A stretch of DNA of 64,000 nucleotides from Dehalococcoidia bacterium (GTDB taxonomy: Bacteria > Chloroflexota > Dehalococcoidia > UBA2979). The stretch covers positions 608,001 to 672,000 of the forward strand of contig OZ244720.1 in NCBI GenBank assembly GCA_965219085.1. Reading direction: 5' to 3'. The position numbers were made by a program, and so were the translations under genes. Shown here piece after piece: positions 58,342 to 64,000 of the stretch (position 1 is the stretch's first letter; each line of letters opens with the position of its first letter). The notes under the pieces were generated by a model that worked only from the letters and a program-made list of their open reading frames with translations, did no database searches and had not been told where the DNA came from.

Positions 58342-58358
58342 CCCCCCCCCCCCCCCCC
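58342..58358 (+). repeat. C17 homopolymer in the 5' leader of G5
   Basis: 17 consecutive C; the paralogous site upstream of G3 (38580-85) has C6. Confidence 0.9.
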
Positions 58359-58596
58359 GATTTTTGTTCACCCGGATCGCGCCAAGCCGGTCCGGTTCCT
58401 TCGCTCGGACCCAACCCTCTCGTCTTGCCCCATGCACGGAGCGCACCCGTGCAGCAAGACGAACCACCGCCGCACGTGATGCCCCAGAGATTGACGGCCG
58501 TGGGCGCCACCCCTCCCGAGCCGACGCTGCTGACACGAGGAGGCCCAGCGGCGGCCACCCGCGCCGGGCGGGAACACACGCACCGGGGGCACAACG

Positions 58597-61500
58597 ATGA
58601 CGCGCATCCGTAGGCCCGGCTTCCCCATCCTGCTCGCCGCCCTCGCCCTGGGCGGCCTGATGCTGGCCCTGTCCCCGGCCGGCGCGCCGCCGGTGGGCGC
58701 GCAGCAAGGCGCGGTCCCCGCGCGGCCGGCCGGCCTGACGGTCAGCGCGGTCACGCACGACTCGGTCAGCCTCGGCTGGCACGACCCCGGCGACACCAGC
58801 ATCACGCACTACCAGGTGCTGCGGCGCGACCGCGACCACGACGCCCTGGGCGCGTTCACGATGATCGAGGAGAACACGGGCTCGCCCGCGACGAGCTATA
58901 CCGACACGACGGTGGCGCCCGAGCGGCGCTACGCCTACCGCGTCCAGGCGGTCAACCGGCACGGCGCCGGCCAGCGGTCGAGCTTCGCAAAGGCCGACAC
59001 GCCGGCCGCGCCCGCGGCGCCGCCCGCGGAGCAGCAGGTGCGGGCTACCGGCGACGCCACGGGCACGATCTCGATCAGCGGGACCGTGCAGGTCGGCGAG
59101 CGGCTGACCCTGTCCGGTAGCTCGACCATCAGCGACCCCGACGGCGTCCCGAGCGACGTCACGCAGCAGCTCGACTACCAGTGGATTCTTAACGACGGAA
59201 CCACCGACGCCGACATTACCGGCGCGACGGAGGAGAGCTACGCGCCGGTGCTGGCCGACCTCGGCAAGTTCATCAAGCTGCGAGTCAGCTTCCAGGACAA
59301 CGCGAGCAACGCCGAGTCGCTGACCAGCGCCGCCACCGTCGCGGTGATCGCCTCAACCTACGGGAATGTCATCTATTCGGCCGTAATGACCGTGGGCACG
59401 GACGAGGCCATCCCCTTCACCGATCTTTACTACCGCGGGTATAACGAAAATCACATCGGCAGCCTCGAACCCCTGGTGTTCAGCTTCGACGGCACTGACT
59501 ACACGGTGACCCAAATCTCCACGAACGATCTGGCACAGTCGCTGGGGGTGCATTTCGATCGGGATCCCGAGCCGTATCCCGGTCTGGAAGGCGGCCCCGT
59601 TGGGCCGGGATTCAAGCTTTATCTTGACGGTACGAAATTCAATCTCACTCCCGAGAGGATCAACAACTTCTTCAGCCATAGCCTGAGCTGGAGCGACGGC
59701 CAGACCGTGCAGGTGCGGCTGGTACCCAACCAGGCGCCGGTGGGGGCGCCCACGATCAGCGGCAACCCCGCGGTGGGCCAGACGCTCACGGCGGACACCT
59801 CCGCCATCTCGGACCCCGACGGCCCGGCCAGCCTGACGTTCAGCTACCAGTGGGTCGCCGACGCGGGCGGCGCCGACGAGAGCGAGATCGCCGGCGCGAC
59901 CGGCGCCACCTACACGGCGACGGTGGCCGACCTGGGCACAACGATCTCGGTGCGCGTCGACTACACCGACGCTGAAGATTTCGCGGAGTCGCTGACCAGC
60001 GCCGCCGTGGCGGTCGTTCCGGCGGGGCTGTGGCTGTACGCAACCCTGACCGCGGGACAGATCATGGACGCCGGCAACCCGAACGGAGAGATCGGGTATG
60101 TCGGCGCCCCCACGGGGACGGTGAGCGGGGGATCGTTGTCCCCGACCATGTTCACCGCCGCGGGCACCTCGCACACCGTGGAGACGCTCGTTTTCGATCC
60201 CGATCTCGGCAGCGGCGGCGGCTTGGCGCTCCAGGTCACTGGGGAGCCACCGGCTGGCTTCTCCCTGGGCGTCGGGTCGGAGCGCTTCGCGGAGGCCGAC
60301 AGCACCTCACTGAACTTGGGTATTGTCTCCCTATACTCCTGGCCGCCCACACCGGCTGTTTCGGGCTGGTCCGTCGGCGACGAAATCGCTGTGTGGCTGG
60401 CGCCCCCGAACACCCCGGCCACCGGCCTGCCCACGATCGGCGGCACGGTCCAGGTGGGTGAGCCGCTCACCGCCGGAACCTCGGCGATCGTGGACAGCAA
60501 CGGCCTCGGCGGGCCGTTCAGCTACCAGTGGATCCGCAGCGACGGAACGACCGACACCGAGATCGAGGGGGCGACCGCCGCGACCTACACTCCCGTGTTC
60601 GCCGGCGAGGGCCAGTTCCTCAAGGTGCGGGTCAGCTTCACCGACAACGGCGGCAATGCCGAGGCGCTGACCAGCGCCGCCACCGTTGCAGTGGCCGCCT
60701 CTCCCTACGGCGCGGTGATCTGGGCGGGCACGATGACCGTTGAGCTCTGGCAGGGCGGCGACAGCGACATCCTCGGCTGGGGGCGCGTTCCGTTCAGCAC
60801 CCCGCGCGGCGATCTCGACCAGCACACGTTCGTCTACGACGGCGTCACCCACCGTTGGCATCTGATCTATCACAAGGTCGCCGGAGCCAACGCAGGGCTG
60901 CGGCTCATCTGGGAGGGCTCCTTCGCGGCGGTCACGACCGGCCGCTTCAACTTCTGGGCCCACGACGACACTGCGTTTACGTTCGATCGGGCGACGGTGA
61001 CCGGGAGCGACATCCTTCTCCCGGTCATGACCGGGGAGATCGACTGGTACAACTTCGTCACCCGACCGCTGCAGTTGCGGCTGACGGTGGACCGGGTGGG
61101 GGCGGGCGACGTCCAAGTCAGCGGTACGGTCGCAGTCGATGCGACGGTGGCCGCTGATGTCTCTGGCCTGACCGACCCCGACGGCCTGCCGCCGGCCAGC
61201 GAGATGAGCTACCAGTGGCTGTACGGCACCGGCGCCGATCCCACGACCTACGCCGTCAGCACCGGCGAAACCGGCTCCACCTACACCGTGGAGGCAGTAC
61301 ATGCACAATTCTCGCGCCGCCTTGCGGTGCGGGTGAGCTTCACCGACGGTGCGGGATTTGAACACACCGTCTACAGCGCCCGCACGGGCATAGTCGCCGA
61401 TGCCGCCGTGACCAACGCGGCGCCCACGTTCACGGACGGCGCATCGACGACGCGGGCGATGGCGGAGAACACGGGCGCGTCGATGAGCGTGGGCGCCGTC

Positions 61501-64000
61501 GTGGCGGCCACCGACACCGACAACGACACCCTGTCCTACTCGCTGGCGGGGACCGACGCCGGCTCGTTCGGCATCGTCTCGGGGACCGGTCAGATCCAGA
61601 CCGCGTCGGGCGTGACCTACGACCACGAGGCCAAGCCGAGCTATGTGGTGACGGTCTCGGTGAGCGACGGCAACGGCGGCACGGACACCATCACCGTCAC
61701 CATCAGCATCACGGACCTGAACGAGCCGCCGTCGGTGCCGGCGGCGCCGGCGATCAGCGACGTCTCGGGCTTCAACGACCGGCTGCAGGTGAGCTGGACG
61801 GCGCCGTCCAACACGGGCAAGCCGGCCATCGACGACTACGACGTCCAGTACCGCACGGGCACGGGGTCGTGGAGTTCCTGGCCCCACACGGGCGCGGCCA
61901 CGACGGCGACGATCACTGGGCTCGAGGCGGGCGCGACGTACGAGGTGCAGGTGCGGGCGCACAACGATGAGGGCATGAGCGCCTGGTCGGCCACGGGCAC
62001 GAAGGGGACCAACACGCCGCCCACGTTCACGGACGGCGCATCGACGACGCGGACCGTGGCGGAGAACACGGGCGCGTCGATGAGCGTGGGCGCGGTCGTG
62101 GCGGCCACCGACACGGACACTCTGACCTACTCGCTGGAGGGGATCGACGCGAGCAGCTTCGCGATCGTCTCGACGAGCGGTCAGATCCGGACCGCGTCGG
62201 GCGTGACCTACGACTTCGAGGCCAAGCCGAGCTACTCGGTGACGGTTAAGGCCGACGACGGCAACGGCGGCATGGACACCATCGCGGTGACCATCAACAT
62301 CAGCGACATGGACGAACCGCCGTCGGCGCCGGCGGCGCCGACGATCAGCGGCGTGTCGGGCTTCAACGACCGGCTGCTGGTGAGTTGGACGGCGCCCTCC
62401 AACACGGGCAAGCCGTCGATCACGGACTACGACGTGCAGTACCGCGAGAGCGGCGTCGGCGCCTGGAGCGACTGGAGTCACACGGGCACGGCCACGACGA
62501 CGACGATCACGGGGCTCGATGCGGGTGCGACGTACCAGGTGCAGGTGCGGGCCGAGAACGATGAGGGCGAGGGCGCGTGGTCGGCCTCGGGCACGCAGGC
62601 GACCAACGCGCCGCCCGCGTTCGCCGGGTCGACGACAACGCGGGCCGTGGAGGAGAACACGGCGGCGGGGATGGGCGTGGGCGCGGTCGTGACGGCCACC
62701 GACGCGGACAACGACACCCTGACCTACTCGCTGGAGGGGACCGACGCGAGCAGCTTCGTGATCGTCGCGAACAGCGGGGGGATCCTGACCAAGTCGAACG
62801 TGACCTACGACCACGAGGCCAAGTCGACCTACTCGGTGACGGTCCGGGCCAAGGACGGGCAGGGCGGCGACGCCACGATCAGCGTGACGATCACGATCAC
62901 GGACGTCGACGAGCCGCCGTCGGCGCCGGCGGCGCCGGGGGTCGCGTTCACCTCGGGCACGACCGACGGCCTGGACGTGAGCTGGGACGCGCCGGTCGAC
63001 ACGGGCAAGCCGCCTCTCACGAGCTTCGAGGTGCAGTACCGCAAGACCAGCGCCAGCACCTGGGCCACTTGGCTTTTCGTCGGCCCGGGCGCGACGGCGA
63101 AGATCAAGGGCCTGGATGCCGGTACGGAGTACGAGGTCCAGGTGCGGGCCAACAACGACGAAGGCATGAGCGCCTGGTCGGCCTCGGGCATGGCGGAGAC
63201 GGACGCCGCCCCGGCCTTCGCGTCGGGCGACTGCCAGTACAACAGCTGCACGGTCACGTTCGGCGAGAGCCTCGACAGCACGTCGGGCAACACGCCGCCG
63301 GTGGGCGCCTTCACGCTCACGGCCGGTGGCGCCAGCCTGACGATCGGCGGCGTCAGCGTCAGCGGCACGACCGTGACGCTGTCGTCCGTGTCCCCCTTCA
63401 TCAGGCAGGGCCAAGCGATCACGCTGGCCTACGCCGACCCCAGCACCAACAACGACACCGCGGCTCTGCAGGACGCCCTGGGCAACGATGTCGCCTCGTT
63501 CAGCGAGACGCTGACCAACAGCTCCCCCTACGACTTCCCCTCGGAGCCGACGCAGCTGAGTGCGCTCCAGAACGGCCGCAACCAGATCGACGTCGAGTGG
63601 ACGGCGCCGACCGACAACGGCGGCGATGCGAACTTCAGCTACCGGTTGGAGGTGTCGACCGACGCTGGCGCGAATTGGACCACGCAGGTCGCCAGTCAGA
63701 CCGCCACCACGTACAACCACACGGGCCTGATGGCGGGCGACACGCGGCACTACCGGGTCTTCACGGTCAACATCATCGGCGACAGCCGGGCCTCCAGCAC
63801 GGCCAGCGCCACCACCAACCGTCCGCCGACGGGCGCGCTGGTGATCGACGGCACGGCCCAGGTGGCCGAGAAGCTGACGGCGAACACGTCCAACATCTCC
63901 GACGCCGACGGCCTGCCCGCGGACGATCAATTCAACTTCCAGTGGCTCCGGGTCGCCGGCGGCAACGAGTTCAGCATCCCCGGGGCCACGCAGTCCAGCT
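58597..64000 (+). CDS. Giant surface protein G5 (3'-truncated by window, >1800 aa): signal peptide, FN3, Ig-like repeats with unique inserts, cadherin-FN3 triplet, SwmB-like repeat
   Basis: ATG 58597 MTRIRRPGFPILLAALALGG; frame stayed open wherever checked through to the window end (GNEFSIPGATQSS); absent from the ORF track, presumably because it has no stop in the window. Confidence 0.88.
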   Translation, partial: MTRIRRPGFPILLAALALGGLMLALSPAGAPPVGAQQGAVPARPAGLTVSAVTHDSVSLGWHDPGDTSITHYQVLRRDRDHDALGAFTMIEENTGSPATSYTDTTVAPERRYAYRVQAVNRHGAGQRSSFAKADTPAAPAAPPAEQQVRATGDATGTISISGTVQVGERLTLSGSSTISDPDGVPSDVTQQLDYQWILNDGTTDADITGATEESYAPVLADLGKFIKLRVSFQDNASNAESLTSAATVAVIASTYGNVIYSAVMTVGTDEAIPFTDLYYRGYNENHIGSLEPLVFSFDGTDYTVTQISTNDLAQSLGVHFDRDPEPYPGLEGGPVGPGFKLYLDGTKFNLTPERINNFFSHSLSWSDGQTVQVRLVPNQAPVGAPTISGNPAVGQTLTADTSAISDPDGPASLTFSYQWVADAGGADESEIAGATGATYTATVADLGTTISVRVDYTDAEDFAESLTSAAVAVVPAGLWLYATLTAGQIMDAGNPNGEIGYVGAPTGTVSGGSLSPTMFTAAGTSHTVETLVFDPDLGSGGGLALQVTGEPPAGFSLGVGSERFAEADSTSLNLGIVSLYSWPPTPAVSGWSVGDEIAVWLAPPNTPATGLPTIGGTVQVGEPLTAGTSAIVDSNGLGGPFSYQWIRSDGTTDTEIEGATAATYTPVFAGEGQFLKVRVSFTDNGGNAEALTSAATVAVAASPYGAVIWAGTMTVELWQGGDSDILGWGRVPFSTPRGDLDQHTFVYDGVTHRWHLIYHKVAGANAGLRLIWEGSFAAVTTGRFNFWAHDDTAFTFDRATVTGSDILLPVMTGEIDWYNFVTRPLQLRLTVDRVGAGDVQVSGTVAVDATVAADVSGLTDPDGLPPASEMSYQWLYGTGADPTTYAVSTGETGSTYTVEAVHAQFSRRLAVRVSFTDGAGFEHTVYSARTGIVADAAVTNAAPTFTDGASTTRAMAENTGASMSVGAVVAATDTDNDTLSYSLAGTDAGSFGIVSGTGQIQTASGVTYDHEAKPSYVVTVSVSDGNGGTDTITVTISITDLNEPPSVPAAPAISDVSGFNDRLQVSWTAPSNTGKPAIDDYDVQYRTGTGSWSSWPHTGAATTATITGLEAGATYEVQVRAHNDEGMSAWSATGTKGTNTPPTFTDGASTTRTVAENTGASMSVGAVVAATDTDTLTYSLEGIDASSFAIVSTSGQIRTASGVTYDFEAKPSYSVTVKADDGNGGMDTIAVTINISDMDEPPSAPAAPTISGVSGFNDRLLVSWTAPSNTGKPSITDYDVQYRESGVGAWSDWSHTGTATTTTITGLDAGATYQVQVRAENDEGEGAWSASGTQATNAPPAFAGSTTTRAVEENTAAGMGVGAVVTATDADNDTLTYSLEGTDASSFVIVANSGGILTKSNVTYDHEAKSTYSVTVRAKDGQGGDATISVTITITDVDEPPSAPAAPGVAFTSGTTDGLDVSWDAPVDTGKPPLTSFEVQYRKTSASTWATWLFVGPGATAKIKGLDAGTEYEVQVRANNDEGMSAWSASGMAETDAAPAFASGDCQYNSCTVTFGESLDSTSGNTPPVGAFTLTAGGASLTIGGVSVSGTTVTLSSVSPFIRQGQAITLAYADPSTNNDTAALQDALGNDVASFSETLTNSSPYDFPSEPTQLSALQNGRNQIDVEWTAPTDNGGDANFSYRLEVSTDAGANWTTQVASQTATTYNHTGLMAGDTRHYRVFTVNIIGDSRASSTASATTNRPPTGALVIDGTAQVAEKLTANTSNISDADGLPADDQFNFQWLRVAGGNEFSIPGATQSS

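Noticed and set aside
6734-63930. Long minus-strand ORFs (6734-9697, 24848-28081, 36032-39028, 38379-41345, 41973-45080, 52118-54409, 60331-63930 and others)
   Set aside because: Antisense shadows of high-GC plus-strand genes; R/G/V/A-rich with no domain motifs
1-64000. rRNA, tRNA, known riboswitches, intrinsic terminators
   Set aside because: No convincing instance recognised by eye; a covariance-model search would be needed

Overview
High-GC bacterial accessory region dominated by a tandem array of five giant (>1800-4676 aa) predicted surface proteins. G1 is <2-10096, G2 24131-38161, G3 38823-45452, G4 46301-54778 and G5 58597->64000; G5 is missing from the ORF track. They are built from FN3, cadherin, Calx-beta, PKD and LRR repeats carrying enzyme or binding modules (kexin-like S8 protease, Spondin_N, PQQ sugar dehydrogenase, arylsulfotransferase). 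All four visible C-termini end in a near-identical ~1.6-1.9 kb cassette (Gly linker, WSDG beta-propeller, beta-sandwich, two Cys-containing 'CLRG' domains), and decayed copies of this cassette lie between genes. G2-G5 and an IS-separated RCC1-repeat lipoprotein gene each follow the same promoter-like element: four (T/G)TCAC half-sites at 11/21/11 spacing overlapping CTGACA-N17-NA(G/C)AAT. Similar half-site arrays lie upstream of two divergent, fused kinase-receiver-OmpR regulators. Both S8 genes are translationally coupled to a small upstream ORF resembling a free-standing subtilase propeptide. The window also holds four nested IS/MITE elements at one CTAG site, a frameshifted 21-repeat lipoprotein with hypervariable loops, a decayed vapBC pair, a PAS-LuxR gene, and SDR and helicase remnants. 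No rRNA, tRNA or CRISPR was recognised. Domain calls are by motif recognition only; no searches were run.
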